IMG/VR virus record: IMGVR_UViG_3300031998_000037
Strand: one strand, 5' to 3'
DNA length: 64,000 nt
Source of the DNA: a virus
Taxonomy: Duplodnaviria; Heunggongvirae; Uroviricota; Caudoviricetes
Shown piece by piece: positions 28,002 through 39,528 of this stretch. The notes beneath the pieces were generated by a model, which saw only the letters and a program-made list of their open reading frames with translations, was not told the origin of the DNA and searched no databases. The translations under genes and the position numbers were made by a program. Within the stretch, counting starts at the first letter, position 1, and every line of letters begins with the position of its first letter.

Positions 28002-28016
28002 GTTTCATCAACTCCT

Positions 28017-28790
28017 TTACCAGCCTACCCCGACACTTCCATCGGGAATATTGCCTGTAGGAGCTGTGCTGCTGACGTATAATCTTATACCGTTAATGAG
28101 AGCGTAGCCGTTGCCACCAGAAGCCGTAGTATTCTGCTGACCGTCAATGTTATTCTGGTTTACATCAACACGCTTTTCTACTTTGCCTATAGCCTGATTG
28201 AGTGTATCAGATGTCGTAATTGCAGAACCAGTTGAAGCCTTTTCATAACCAGTCATTGCAGTGACTTTATTTGAGGCGTGGTCTACAGGAGTACGAGCGT
28301 CAGTAAGTCTTGTATCATTACCCATAACGACCTGAGATGAACTTGCGTTACCACTTGTAGGAACATCTTTATATGCGGCAGTACCAAGACCACTCATATC
28401 ACCAAATTCATGCCATTTTGTGCCATCAAATAAAAATTCCTTATTACCATAAAGCACCGCATCATTAGGTTGCGCGGTATAAGACTGACCGTCAATCGTA
28501 ATAGGATTTGTAGTCGCACCATCTGTAAGAGTAGTAGTAGTTTCACCGACAAGCTTTATGCCGCCTCCACCACCGCCGCCAAGTGAGACTTCATACCAAG
28601 TCGCATTTGCAGCGTCAAACATATATGTCTTGCCAGTGTCAATTTCTGTATACACTGAGCCATTTGGTATTCCCATACCATCTATAGTTATAGTGGGCTT
28701 ACTGTCTCTGCTGAGTCCGTCAATATACATTTGATTGACATTATACTTTTCTCCGCCAGACAATGCCCCGTATTTAATAAGCGTTACCAT
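28017..28790 (-). CDS. putative tail fibre protein (poly-Gly hinge)
   Basis: GGGGGGG hinge; its N-terminal domain is shared with the 28800-29018 ORF. Confidence 0.4.
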   Translation of the reverse strand: MVTLIKYGALSGGEKYNVNQMYIDGLSRDSKPTITIDGMGIPNGSVYTEIDTGKTYMFDAANATWYEVSLGGGGGGGIKLVGETTTTLTDGATTNPITIDGQSYTAQPNDAVLYGNKEFLFDGTKWHEFGDMSGLGTAAYKDVPTSGNASSSQVVMGNDTRLTDARTPVDHASNKVTAMTGYEKASTGSAITTSDTLNQAIGKVEKRVDVNQNNIDGQQNTTASGGNGYALINGIRLYVSSTAPTGNIPDGSVGVGW

Positions 28791-28799
28791 TCAATCACC

Positions 28800-29018
28800 T
28801 CACACTTCATTCCAAGTTTGATTTTCCTCGTCATAAAGGTATTTCTTATCCGTGTTCATTTCTATGTAAAGAGAGCCGTTTGCGATACCAATACCATCAT
28901 ACTGAATGATAGGTTTAGTGTCAGTTGATAAACCGCAAAGCTCGCAGTAAGTTGTGTTATATTTCGCGCCGTACTTTCGCAATGTTTCTGCCATACTCTC
29001 GCTCCTTTCTTTATTCAA
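28800..29018 (-). CDS. short paralog of the tail-fibre N-terminal anchor domain
   Basis: 'KYGAKYNTTYCELCGLSTDTKPIIQYDGIGIANGSLYIEMNTDKKYLYDEENQTWNEV' against 'KYGALSGGEKYNVNQMYIDGLSRDSKPTITIDGMGIPNGSVYTEIDTGKTYMFDAANATWYEV'. Confidence 0.4.
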   Translation of the reverse strand: MNKERSESMAETLRKYGAKYNTTYCELCGLSTDTKPIIQYDGIGIANGSLYIEMNTDKKYLYDEENQTWNEV

Positions 29019-29847
29019 TTACAGTTACACCTTCTGGGATTATAACGCCTTCAATGTCAGTGTCAGCAAATGTAGTCATGCCTATAACGTTTAATGGCAA
29101 ATCCTCAAAAGTTGTAGGCATTAAGATGTATTTGTAAGCACTCTTATAGTAGATCGTATCAGAATTTGTGCTATTCAATTTATATACATAGTCATCTTCA
29201 TTAGTAACAAGATAAGCTGAACTCTGCAAATCTTGTCCAAAAATATATGCTTTACTCTGAATAACAGTGCAATCTCCTACACCAGCAATTCTAATAAGAT
29301 GCATTCCTGAATCATATATTTCAATAGGAATAGTGAAAGAACAATTATCGTAGCCTTCTGCTGCAACTGTACCGATTATTGAAAAATCCTGTAGAACATT
29401 ATCTACATATATTGTAAAGGTATAATTACTACCTTCTTCCGAAGAAAGTACTGCATTAAAAACCAGATTTATAGTTGTCTCATCTTTATTCTCAAACAAT
29501 ATTTCTGAAACCGATGATACAGTCTCAATTGAAATATTTGATTTGTCAGTTCCATAAAAATACCTAATCTTATTGCCGTCACTCTTGTTAAGCGAAGCCC
29601 CTATGAATGCACTCTTAGACGATACGCCACCACCGCGATAGAACACCTGCACATTCTCATCAACATTAAGGGACGATCCGCTAAAGTTTACAAGATTAAA
29701 TTTGCTCTTACTTGTTATTAACTCAACTGTATAAAACTCATTTCCTAAGTTTTCAATGACTTTAGCTGGTAAAGAGGAAATGAGAACTGAGTTTGCTATT
29801 TCTTTTTCAAATTCATTTTGTATAATCTGTTCTAATGCATCCATCAA
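29011..29847 (-). CDS. tail/baseplate protein
   Basis: position. Confidence 0.35.
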   Translation of the reverse strand: MMDALEQIIQNEFEKEIANSVLISSLPAKVIENLGNEFYTVELITSKSKFNLVNFSGSSLNVDENVQVFYRGGGVSSKSAFIGASLNKSDGNKIRYFYGTDKSNISIETVSSVSEILFENKDETTINLVFNAVLSSEEGSNYTFTIYVDNVLQDFSIIGTVAAEGYDNCSFTIPIEIYDSGMHLIRIAGVGDCTVIQSKAYIFGQDLQSSAYLVTNEDDYVYKLNSTNSDTIYYKSAYKYILMPTTFEDLPLNVIGMTTFADTDIEGVIIPEGVTVIE

Positions 29848-31655
29848 TCCTCACTCTCCTCTCCAAGTAATTCCGAAGTTCCTTCGTATTGCATATCATT
29901 TGGCAGCCAGTTTATATTTGTTGCCGACACGTTCATCGCATTTGAACTTAGTGGTATTGTAATGCTCTGTAAAACAAAAATGCCGTTTGCAATATCTGCA
30001 TATTTATCTGTAATCTCAATAGTTTTATTTACATCTAAGTGGGGGATAATAGGACAACTAAAAGTAAGTTGCATACCAAGCATAGAGTTTCTTTTAAGAT
30101 AATAGGTTGCCGCAGAACGACAGTCTTTAATTTGTTGTATCTCATTTGCGTGCTCTGCATCATAAAGATTTTGTTGTGCTATAGCCAAAGCACCGTCTTT
30201 ACCTACATAATGCATTGCTATGCCAGTATGTATAGCAGTTTCGCCAGCATCGGCAATAAGGTCTTTAACCAATACTCCATCAATTTCAAGTCCTACAACA
30301 TCTGCTGCAAGTAAATCTTCTTTTGTCCAATCTTCATCAAGAGCCGAAATTAATGTTTCTATGTAACTATAAACTACATCTGATATAAGTAAAACCGCAC
30401 CATTAGCAGTTTGTAGCATTGGGGAGAAAGCGATTTCAACACCATCAAATTCTGTTGACATACCAATGATTGTAGAAAAAGAGCCTTCTTCTGGTTCTTC
30501 ATCCCATGATGCAAGTTCATCTGCATACAATGTAAGATTATCCTGAGTCCAAACAAGCTTTTGCCTATTGTTGGTATCAATATTTCCATAAACAGTTTGG
30601 TTAATATCAATATTATATTGTATAATATCATATTCAACCTTTTTTAAATCTTCTTGACACTGTTTAATTTCTTCCGAATTATCTTTGAGATAGTATGGGA
30701 TTTCAATATCTTGCGCTCTATGAATACCAATAGATATATTAAGAGGGGACAAAGGGTTTGTGTTATATGCCGTATACGCAACATTGACTATTCCTTCACC
30801 ACTGGCATTTGTGAATGCACAAACAGCATTTTCACCCTCAAAAGAATATTGATAATTAGGATTTTCAAAAGACGAGCTTAAATCAGAAAAGCTCCATTGT
30901 GTAGGAACATAATTATATCCATAGTTATCAATTACAGGCTCGAATATAAAATTGCCATTGGCATCGTAATAAGCCTCAGCATTATACAAATCTGTAAGTT
31001 GTAAGATAAGTTCGCTCATATAAGTATTAGTATCAATCGTAAGCTCATTTTGAATGATTTCATTTTTATAAATTGTATTAATTCGCGGCGGTATTACATC
31101 CATAGGCTTGCCGCCGCCCATACGCATTGCTCCTCTTGATGTAATATCTATACTTCCTGTGCTTTCAGACAAAATTTGCTTCAATGTCTCAGGAAGATTT
31201 GAACCTTGATATATCACATACTGAGCATTTGTCATATTGACTTTAAGAGCACCGTCTAATGCACCGCCCTTATCAACAGCTTCAATATTGACAACATTAT
31301 TTGTTGAGGACGCTGATCTTGTATAGTACACGCCTTGCGACCACCAGTATACATTTTCCCTTACAACAAGACCGATCCAAAGCTTAAATTTTCTGTTAAA
31401 CCAAAATGCGCTATTTTTACTGGGGAGATACTTCTGATTAACATTAACAAGTGCAAGGCTGCATGACCTGCGAGTTATTTGCGCATAGTTAATATTTATT
31501 TGTCCGACAGTCGCATCTAAGTCCTGTACGATATCACCAATTGACTTTTCATCATCAGATAATAGTTCAAGGCGCAAAAGATACCTATTGTCATAGTTGT
31601 ATAAGGCAGCAATATACTCATTCGTATAAGTATTGAAATACTCCATACATATCAC
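29844..31655 (-). CDS. tail-associated (Tal-like) baseplate protein
   Basis: 603 aa, second gene downstream of the TMP. Confidence 0.4.
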   Translation of the reverse strand: MICMEYFNTYTNEYIAALYNYDNRYLLRLELLSDDEKSIGDIVQDLDATVGQININYAQITRRSCSLALVNVNQKYLPSKNSAFWFNRKFKLWIGLVVRENVYWWSQGVYYTRSASSTNNVVNIEAVDKGGALDGALKVNMTNAQYVIYQGSNLPETLKQILSESTGSIDITSRGAMRMGGGKPMDVIPPRINTIYKNEIIQNELTIDTNTYMSELILQLTDLYNAEAYYDANGNFIFEPVIDNYGYNYVPTQWSFSDLSSSFENPNYQYSFEGENAVCAFTNASGEGIVNVAYTAYNTNPLSPLNISIGIHRAQDIEIPYYLKDNSEEIKQCQEDLKKVEYDIIQYNIDINQTVYGNIDTNNRQKLVWTQDNLTLYADELASWDEEPEEGSFSTIIGMSTEFDGVEIAFSPMLQTANGAVLLISDVVYSYIETLISALDEDWTKEDLLAADVVGLEIDGVLVKDLIADAGETAIHTGIAMHYVGKDGALAIAQQNLYDAEHANEIQQIKDCRSAATYYLKRNSMLGMQLTFSCPIIPHLDVNKTIEITDKYADIANGIFVLQSITIPLSSNAMNVSATNINWLPNDMQYEGTSELLGEESED

Positions 31656-33442
31656 TCCCTATCACTATATCTTACAGGCAAAGAGTCACCTGTGAGAATG
31701 TCACCAACACTACAGCACTCAGCCCACGAGAAGTTAAACCTTGTAGGTATGCTTGCCGTTTTTTCATCATATTCAGTTGTAGGGTTGTCTGTAATATTGA
31801 CTATCCAAACATCACCCTTTTGTGATCTTAAAATAAATTGGCAGTTTTGAGTTATGAAATTTCTCCAAGCCTCAACTACCTTTATGTCATCATTAAACTT
31901 TTTTCCGCTACAATCCATAGTTCCAAGCATTCCTGAAACACTACCACTCATATAGTTCACATTAGTTGATGTTATTGAGCTATACCTTCCAAAACCAACA
32001 TGAAGTGTTTTGTCAGTGTTTTGAGTAACGGTTGTATTATCTATGTCAGCCATAAATATCCATGTATCACCAATCAAATAAAATGGTTTGCCGTTTACAT
32101 CTTTGCCGCTGTCTGTGATAGCTGTGATAGAATATCCAGATTTGTTTACAATTGCAACGTCAGATAAAACAGCATTGTCAATTTCTGTACTGCTTGACAC
32201 CCACCCATTATATGGGACTACCATATATTTATATCGCTTCTGTGTACTTGCGGTCAGATCAAAGAAGCCAGTAGCACTTCGTATATCCGCAACAAGAAGC
32301 TTTTGAGGATTAACGCCATAATTCTCGTCAGCATCAATTCGATAAACTCTATAATTTCGATAAACTTGTTGTGTTACAGTCCAGTCAACATAAATAGCAT
32401 TATAACTCACATTTGAATTTACACTTATGCTGTCTATGATATCAGTATCAGTTCTTTCGGGAGCTGTAATATCACTTGAAACGCCTGATATCATTACGCC
32501 GTCCTGAGATACCGTATTAACTATAAAGCGATACTTCCTTGTTGTATCATTGCCGCCAATACCTGCAAAGTCATAGTCATCAACAAAATCATATTTAATA
32601 TCAACTGAATAGATGTTTTCGGTTTGTGCGATAGTATGATAAACGCCAGAGTCAGTCTTTTTCTGCATTGTTATATTGTAATATTTGAGTGGTAAATTTT
32701 GCGGTTGAGAGTAACTTGCTGTAAAGTGAATACCATAAGCATCAAAAGTGGCGTTCATGTTTGTAACTTGTGGCAGGGGAGCAGTGCTAAAATAATATTG
32801 ACTTGTAATAAGATAATTGCAATATATTTGATACGGAGTTCCTTTTGGTATATTATTGTAAAAACCTTGCGCTAAAGTTATATCGCCCGTGTTATAATCA
32901 TAGCTTGTGATCTTTGCAGTTACACCATTTATTTTTATAAACATGACATTAAGATCATAAACGTTTCCGCTTTCAGTTACAGAAAACGGACTACGTATGT
33001 TTGTCACATTCAAATCCCATTCGTAAATGTTATTAATTTTGTCCTCTAAAGTCATAGAAGTTGAGCCAGACACGTAGTCATCTTGCAAAGTTCCCCTTAA
33101 AACGAACCTGTCTGCCTGTACGCCAGCACCGCTGTTTGTGCCAGCAATAAGCATCATTTGCATAACATAATTGCCTACGCTTGGTAAAAGAGGAATTAGA
33201 CCGCCATGTGTTACAGTGTCATTATTAAACGCTAATTTCCTGAATACTAAATTCTCGGAGTCAAAATCATAAACAGGAGCGTCATTTGTAACCACATTCC
33301 CCGTATCGTAATTTATAAATCGCACCACATAAGCCTTCAATATATCACCTTTAAATGTGTAATGTATTGAGCGATCATTGTGACTATCAGCTTTATCAAT
33401 AGTTACATTATCAGGATATACATTAATAGGATATTGAAGCAT
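31652..33442 (-). CDS. distal tail (Dit-like) protein
   Basis: 596 aa immediately downstream of the TMP. Confidence 0.4.
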   Translation of the reverse strand: MLQYPINVYPDNVTIDKADSHNDRSIHYTFKGDILKAYVVRFINYDTGNVVTNDAPVYDFDSENLVFRKLAFNNDTVTHGGLIPLLPSVGNYVMQMMLIAGTNSGAGVQADRFVLRGTLQDDYVSGSTSMTLEDKINNIYEWDLNVTNIRSPFSVTESGNVYDLNVMFIKINGVTAKITSYDYNTGDITLAQGFYNNIPKGTPYQIYCNYLITSQYYFSTAPLPQVTNMNATFDAYGIHFTASYSQPQNLPLKYYNITMQKKTDSGVYHTIAQTENIYSVDIKYDFVDDYDFAGIGGNDTTRKYRFIVNTVSQDGVMISGVSSDITAPERTDTDIIDSISVNSNVSYNAIYVDWTVTQQVYRNYRVYRIDADENYGVNPQKLLVADIRSATGFFDLTASTQKRYKYMVVPYNGWVSSSTEIDNAVLSDVAIVNKSGYSITAITDSGKDVNGKPFYLIGDTWIFMADIDNTTVTQNTDKTLHVGFGRYSSITSTNVNYMSGSVSGMLGTMDCSGKKFNDDIKVVEAWRNFITQNCQFILRSQKGDVWIVNITDNPTTEYDEKTASIPTRFNFSWAECCSVGDILTGDSLPVRYSDRE

Positions 33443-33490
33443 CTATTCACCTCCTTAAAATATTAGAGCCGCCATAAAGACGGCTCATTA

Positions 33491-36400
33491 TTATGAACGC
33501 GAAGTATAATTCTGCGTCAGTTTAGTTTGAAAATATCTGTCAAGTTCTTTATCAAGTCCTCTCGAAAGTTCAGCAGGGTTGTTAGCATAAACGTTGATGC
33601 TGTCAATATTGACGGATGATGTATTAGTAGTGCTGCCAACCTTAGCCATATTAAATTGAGACAGTTTAGTTGCCTTATCAATCATATCCGCCATTAAGTT
33701 AGGTGTGCCATGAACTAACTCATACAGTTTTGCAGAGTCGCTTGCATTAAAGATTACTTCTGGAGCATCCTTACGTCCATGCAACATCGCAAGACCTGTA
33801 TAATCAGCTACGCCACCAGACGAGTAAAGACCTATTCTGTTAAGTATATCCTTAACTGTATCAGCGATGTCATCAGCACTTTGAAAAATTGGACTATTCG
33901 CTATTGCCATAACACCACCAACGCCCACCATAGCTCCGCCTACACCTGTCATGCCAGCAGTAGTCGCAATGACAGTTGCCGCAGCCGCAGCTTGTTTTAG
34001 CTCGTCTAAACCGTTTACATGAACATCATAATTAATTTCTCCGCCATTATTATCAAGTTGATTTTGCAAATCAATAGCTGTTTGCAAAGCACCACTATAC
34101 GCATTTTTGAAATTGTTTAAGTTCTCAGTTCTTGTTTGAAGATCAGACGTTTCATTAATCGTGACAGTATCAAGAAGTTCAATATAACCCTCAGTAGCGT
34201 CTTTGATGTCCTTTGCGGCAGTTTGAACCTCGGTCTTGTACGCCTTCCATATTTTGATTTGCTCTTCCTTAGATTTGATTTCAGCATCCTTTGCTTCGAT
34301 GGCTGCCTCTTTTAATTTAATCTCCGTATTAGTGAGATTATTCAAAGCAACATTGTGATTGCGATATTCAGACCTAAACTTGTCCATAACAGCAGTGTCT
34401 TTTTGAGCAATCTTTTCGCGCCAGTCCGCACCAAGAATTTGTTCGGCAAGAAGTTCATCTTCCTCTGTTTGAATTTCTTCGGCAATCTCTTTCCATATAT
34501 CTTCATAATCTTTGTAACTGTCAATCTGGTCATCAATTCCCTTAGTAAGTTCATCACGTTCTTTTTCAAGCTTTTTGATTTCCTGAGAAGTCTGAAATTC
34601 AGCGAGTTCATTCTCGGCTTTCTTTACATCTTCCTTTACAGACTCATAACGCCAGCCACGGGTTTCGTCATAAACACGACGTTTATTTTTCTTTGCATTT
34701 TCAAGATTGGCAAGTTTTTCAGCATATTCCAGAGCATCACTACGTTCCTCGTTCTCAGCCTTTAACGCATCAATACGAGCATTGTAAGTGTCCTCGATAG
34801 CTTGCTTTTGTTCTTCAAGGGAGTCTATTTCTTTCTCAACTGTTTTCTGTACAAGCTTATTTACAGTATCATAGTTGCTAATTATATCCTCAATAGCATC
34901 CTTTTGATCGTTGAGAATATCAAGCTCATCTTGTAAAGCTTCTTTCTCTTTTTCAAGAGCTTCTTTTTCAGCCTCGTGACTATCTATGATCTGGTCAATG
35001 CGGTGCTCCTGAGCTTTAAGCAGATTGTCAGCATAATTTTCGGCTTTCTCGACCAAAGCTTTTTGCTGCTCAACCGTATAATCAAGTTGTGCATTTAACT
35101 GTTGCAACAATAACTTATCACGATAAACCTCAGCACTATATTTCTTTTGAACCTCAACGAGTTCGTTAACCTTTTTCTTAGCATCAGATAACGCTTTGAG
35201 GTTTGCTTCGTTAGGCTTTGAGTTACCCATAGTCTTAGCAATGATTTCCTGTTGCTTATCAATGATTGCATACTGTGCGCTAATTTGATTATCAAGATCG
35301 GCAATTTGAGTTTGAGCTAATTTTAAATCTGCCTCAACCTGTTCACGGCTAAGTCCAATAAGTCTTTCCTTTAAAGCGACAAGCTGTTCAGATTGCATTA
35401 TCCATTCACCGTTTGCCTCTATTACAGGCGTAAGAATACCCGTAGTATCTAATTCAAGAAGTTCCCAAGCCTCAGTTGCAGACAAGCCTTCCCCACTAAA
35501 TGCCTTAGTGATAGCATCGTTGATCTTATCAACCTTTTTAAAAACGCCATCTTCCATTTCGTCAAGAGTGTCAAAGAAATTCTTTCTAAGAAGCTCTGCG
35601 CTCTCTGAAACGTCCTCAGACTGCAAGCCGATAGTTGAAAAAATAAGCTCAAAACGCTTTTGGAGTTCAGGACTTGATTTAGCAAGTTCCTCCAGTTCGG
35701 TTCTTATTTGATTAAGCTGCCTTGAATATGTATACACATCCGCTGGCAATGCACCCTCAGCATTCATCTTACGGGACGCATCACTGGCAGCCTCAGCAAG
35801 TTCGTTGAACTTTTTTACCGTGCCGTCAATAGCAATAGCAGTATTATCAAAAAGCTCATTATTAATCTCTTCATTTTTGTGTAGGAGTCCGAGATACTTT
35901 TCCCAGTCAGAGATAGATTGGTCGAGGGAGTCTGAGTCATCCGTGCCTTTAACCCAATTGAAGTCTATATACGAATAATTATCAAGCTGCTCATATAACT
36001 CTCTAAATGACTTTAAAATATCTGGAATTATGTCTTTATCCAAACCGTCTTTAAGTTTAAAGCCATAAGACTTAACAGCATAACCTGCTTTGTCTATTGT
36101 TACTTCTTCTACAATATCTAAATAATTCCATAAATCCGCATCATTTTCATTAATCAGATGCTTCATTCGCTCAAAGTAAAATTTTGCTTCTTTAATAGCA
36201 TCACTATAATTTTCACGAGTATTAGCATAGCTGGCTGAAAAATCAGCAACAACACTTGTAGAATTATCAGCAACATATTTTGTCGCTTCATCAATATTGT
36301 CCTTATTGTCTCTCTGCCATTGTTTATCTAATTCTAATTGTTGTTCACGAATAAGTTGTATATTTTCACTTAAAGAGCCATTAACTAAATCAATCTGGGT

Positions 36401-39400
36401 TTTCTCACTACCAAGTTTTTTATTTAATTCATCAGTGATACTTGTGAGAGATTCTTTCGCATTTTCTATGTCGGAAGTTGTATTCAATAAAGCTGTATAT
36501 TTTTTGGTTATGCCGTCTATACTGTCTTGTTCATCTTCAAAACTTTTTAACTCATTTATAGTTGTTTCAAGATTTTGCTGACGTTCTTCTTCGAGCCTTT
36601 TAGCTTCGACAATAGCCTCTTGTCTTTTATTTTTTAAGTGAGATATACCTATTCCTAACAGTGTAATAGCGGTAACTATTGCACCAATTGGGTTTGCAGC
36701 TATTGCTGCACCTAATCCTTTAAGAGCACCAGCTAATGTGAACGTAGATGCTGTTGCGCCTGTCTCTGCGACAGCTAACCCATTAGTAGCAATAGTCTGA
36801 CTACGAACTGCCAACTGCGCTTGAATTTGTTCTTGGGTAAAACCACGAGCAGTCATCATTGCTTCTAATTGAGCATTGGTTAAACTTTTTGTAGATAGCA
36901 CAAGCTCAAACTGTTTATTAGTCAACGCCTTAGACGCAATAGAAAGTTGTTCTAAGGTTAAAAGTTGACCACCGCCACCGCCTGAACCAACAGTGTCCAT
37001 TATAGTGCTAAATGCCGCAAGAGAAGTACCTAATGTTTTAACTTTATTTATTAATGCAGGAATAGCTTTGAAAATAGCCAAGCTACCAAATCCAGTAAGA
37101 ATACCTTGTAAGATTCCTGTCTTGGTAATTATAAAATCTAATCCCTTTAAAACACGCGAACCGAAGTCAATGACTTCTTTTACAAATCCACTTTTTACAA
37201 CATCAGAGGCAAGCGTTTGGTATACAGCCTTAAAACTATTGATTGAGTATTGAATTGACTGTGAGAACTTTTCTTGTTCTTTTGTAGCCGAGCCGATTGA
37301 ATGTTCAGCAGTTTCATATACATTTTGTAGTAAGTCACCGTTTTCAAGAATAGCTGCACCGATATTAGCTTGACGTTTTCCAAAAAGCTGTTCAAGCAAA
37401 CTTGCTTGTGAAATATCGCTTAACTCACTCCATACTCTTGATATTTCAAGTAAGATATCATAAGACGACTTATAGGTGTTTTCGTCAAGTTGAATATCAA
37501 CTTTATTCTTAGTAAGCGCAAGAACCTGTTCTCTAAGTTTTGAAACATTTTCTGCCGCACCCTCAGCATCCTCGCCCATTTCTTCAAGCTCGGTCTTTGT
37601 AGAACGCAGACGTAAAGCCATTGTTTTCAAACCTGTACCAACAGCTTCAGGATCTTGTGCTACTGTATTTGCGGTTGTAATGATAGCAATGGTTTGCGAT
37701 AAGGTGTTGTTAGCAGATGCCATTGCCGAAGCTGATCTTAACAAGGCTTGTCCGATACCGCCTGAAGAAATTGCAAAGTTATTACCAACCTCATTTAACT
37801 TATCTACAATTTGAATAGCATCTGTAGCTTCGTCATTAAATTCTGGAAAGGCTTTAAGTGTACTTACCAGAGTTTCAGATGCAGTTGAGACATCTATGCC
37901 GTCACCGACATTCTTATATAATGTTGCTATCTCACCAAGCTTTTGAGCGTCACTCAAACTATATCCTACACGGCTGAATGTTGATGTCGCATCTACAAGG
38001 TCTGTAACACTCGAACCCAAATATTGTGCGGATTGCTTTGCTGTCTCCAGAAACTTATTAAATTCTGGTTCAGTTGCTTCAGTAACTTTTCTTAATTCTG
38101 TCATAGCAGAATCAAGATTGACAACTTCCTGTATCATATTCTGCACTTGGCGTTTAAAGATATTAAACACCATATTTGCAGTGATATATGACGAAAACGT
38201 TTTAAATGTTCCTAAGAATTTTTCCCATGCAGTCTTACCTTTAAGACCAGCCGCCTCAGCTTCTTTACCAAATATAGTAAAGCGTTCCTGTAAATGTCTG
38301 AGTTCATCAGGGGAGAGGTTGCCCTTTGTAAGAGCATTAGATATTTCTTGCCATTCCTGAGCGAACGTCTTACCAGTTGACATTAACTGAACCGATCTTA
38401 CAGCACGTTCATTTTTTTCAGCAAATACAGACATTGTAGCTGAAAGCTTTTCAATTCTGCTTTTTAAGGTCTTTTCAAATGACACCTTCTTAGCCGCTGA
38501 GTCAAGAGAGGTAAACTCACCTCTAAGTTTATTTAGCTCATCCCTTGCGGTTTTGATACCTTTAGAGTCGCCAACTTTATCAAGAGATTTTTTAATTTTC
38601 TCCGCGCTCTTGATTATACTGTCTGGATCATCTATACTCGATTTTGAAACCTGAGTGACAAATTTGGTAATCTGTCCACTTAATGCAGACTTGGCAGATG
38701 CGATATCATTTGAAGCCAAACTTGTTGCCGTATTTTCAGCATCCCTTAGAGACTTGCCAAGCGTATCATAAGCTGTTATAGCTTTATTAGCATCAGATAC
38801 TACTTTGTCAAATGTCTCAGAAGAAGAAGTTTTAATTCTTTTAATTATCTTGTCCGTTTCATCAAATTTAGAATTAAGCTGTTTAATGTTATCCTCATCA
38901 AGAATAGGACGAGGAGCATTTTTATTTTCAAAGCCAGCTCTAAGTTTTTCTAATTTCTGAGTAAGCTTTTCAACCTCTGAAGCTTGTTTGTTTACGAGCT
39001 GAATTGCACCCTTATCATTAGTACGACTTCCGATAGCCTTAATTTCAAAATAATCGTCTTTAGTATTTTTGTTTTTCTTCTGATTGACTTTATAGTTATA
39101 AGTCTCGACTTGACCTTGTAACCTTGTAACTTCAAGACTAAAGTTTTTGATTTGACCTTTTGCATTTTCAATTGTTCGGGTGATTATTTTAGAAGCGTCT
39201 ACCCCAAGCTTTTTAGCCAGATTGTTTTTGATTTCGTCTATCTTATCATCAACAGTCTCAGCAATATGAGTGACGTTACTCACCACTGCATTATTCTTGC
39301 CAATACCATTTGATAAATCTATGCCGCCCTCAGTAAGTTTAGCCAAACCTTCTAATACGTGTTTGATATTATTTATACAATCATTATCTAAGCTGCACTT

Positions 39401-39514
39401 TATTGTAAGCCCCTTGATTTTATCTTGCAGTATAGGAATATCAGTATTATTAATTTGATTTGCACTATCGTCTACATTTAGCGATGCGACCAACTCTATC
39501 ATATTATCTGCCAT
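33491..39514 (-). CDS. tail tape measure protein
   Basis: 2007 aa, long coiled-coil regions and hydrophobic glycine-rich segments, downstream of the G/T chaperone pair. Confidence 0.8.
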   Translation of the reverse strand: MADNMIELVASLNVDDSANQINNTDIPILQDKIKGLTIKCSLDNDCINNIKHVLEGLAKLTEGGIDLSNGIGKNNAVVSNVTHIAETVDDKIDEIKNNLAKKLGVDASKIITRTIENAKGQIKNFSLEVTRLQGQVETYNYKVNQKKNKNTKDDYFEIKAIGSRTNDKGAIQLVNKQASEVEKLTQKLEKLRAGFENKNAPRPILDEDNIKQLNSKFDETDKIIKRIKTSSSETFDKVVSDANKAITAYDTLGKSLRDAENTATSLASNDIASAKSALSGQITKFVTQVSKSSIDDPDSIIKSAEKIKKSLDKVGDSKGIKTARDELNKLRGEFTSLDSAAKKVSFEKTLKSRIEKLSATMSVFAEKNERAVRSVQLMSTGKTFAQEWQEISNALTKGNLSPDELRHLQERFTIFGKEAEAAGLKGKTAWEKFLGTFKTFSSYITANMVFNIFKRQVQNMIQEVVNLDSAMTELRKVTEATEPEFNKFLETAKQSAQYLGSSVTDLVDATSTFSRVGYSLSDAQKLGEIATLYKNVGDGIDVSTASETLVSTLKAFPEFNDEATDAIQIVDKLNEVGNNFAISSGGIGQALLRSASAMASANNTLSQTIAIITTANTVAQDPEAVGTGLKTMALRLRSTKTELEEMGEDAEGAAENVSKLREQVLALTKNKVDIQLDENTYKSSYDILLEISRVWSELSDISQASLLEQLFGKRQANIGAAILENGDLLQNVYETAEHSIGSATKEQEKFSQSIQYSINSFKAVYQTLASDVVKSGFVKEVIDFGSRVLKGLDFIITKTGILQGILTGFGSLAIFKAIPALINKVKTLGTSLAAFSTIMDTVGSGGGGGQLLTLEQLSIASKALTNKQFELVLSTKSLTNAQLEAMMTARGFTQEQIQAQLAVRSQTIATNGLAVAETGATASTFTLAGALKGLGAAIAANPIGAIVTAITLLGIGISHLKNKRQEAIVEAKRLEEERQQNLETTINELKSFEDEQDSIDGITKKYTALLNTTSDIENAKESLTSITDELNKKLGSEKTQIDLVNGSLSENIQLIREQQLELDKQWQRDNKDNIDEATKYVADNSTSVVADFSASYANTRENYSDAIKEAKFYFERMKHLINENDADLWNYLDIVEEVTIDKAGYAVKSYGFKLKDGLDKDIIPDILKSFRELYEQLDNYSYIDFNWVKGTDDSDSLDQSISDWEKYLGLLHKNEEINNELFDNTAIAIDGTVKKFNELAEAASDASRKMNAEGALPADVYTYSRQLNQIRTELEELAKSSPELQKRFELIFSTIGLQSEDVSESAELLRKNFFDTLDEMEDGVFKKVDKINDAITKAFSGEGLSATEAWELLELDTTGILTPVIEANGEWIMQSEQLVALKERLIGLSREQVEADLKLAQTQIADLDNQISAQYAIIDKQQEIIAKTMGNSKPNEANLKALSDAKKKVNELVEVQKKYSAEVYRDKLLLQQLNAQLDYTVEQQKALVEKAENYADNLLKAQEHRIDQIIDSHEAEKEALEKEKEALQDELDILNDQKDAIEDIISNYDTVNKLVQKTVEKEIDSLEEQKQAIEDTYNARIDALKAENEERSDALEYAEKLANLENAKKNKRRVYDETRGWRYESVKEDVKKAENELAEFQTSQEIKKLEKERDELTKGIDDQIDSYKDYEDIWKEIAEEIQTEEDELLAEQILGADWREKIAQKDTAVMDKFRSEYRNHNVALNNLTNTEIKLKEAAIEAKDAEIKSKEEQIKIWKAYKTEVQTAAKDIKDATEGYIELLDTVTINETSDLQTRTENLNNFKNAYSGALQTAIDLQNQLDNNGGEINYDVHVNGLDELKQAAAAATVIATTAGMTGVGGAMVGVGGVMAIANSPIFQSADDIADTVKDILNRIGLYSSGGVADYTGLAMLHGRKDAPEVIFNASDSAKLYELVHGTPNLMADMIDKATKLSQFNMAKVGSTTNTSSVNIDSINVYANNPAELSRGLDKELDRYFQTKLTQNYTSRS

Positions 39515-39528
39515 TTAATCACCCTCTT

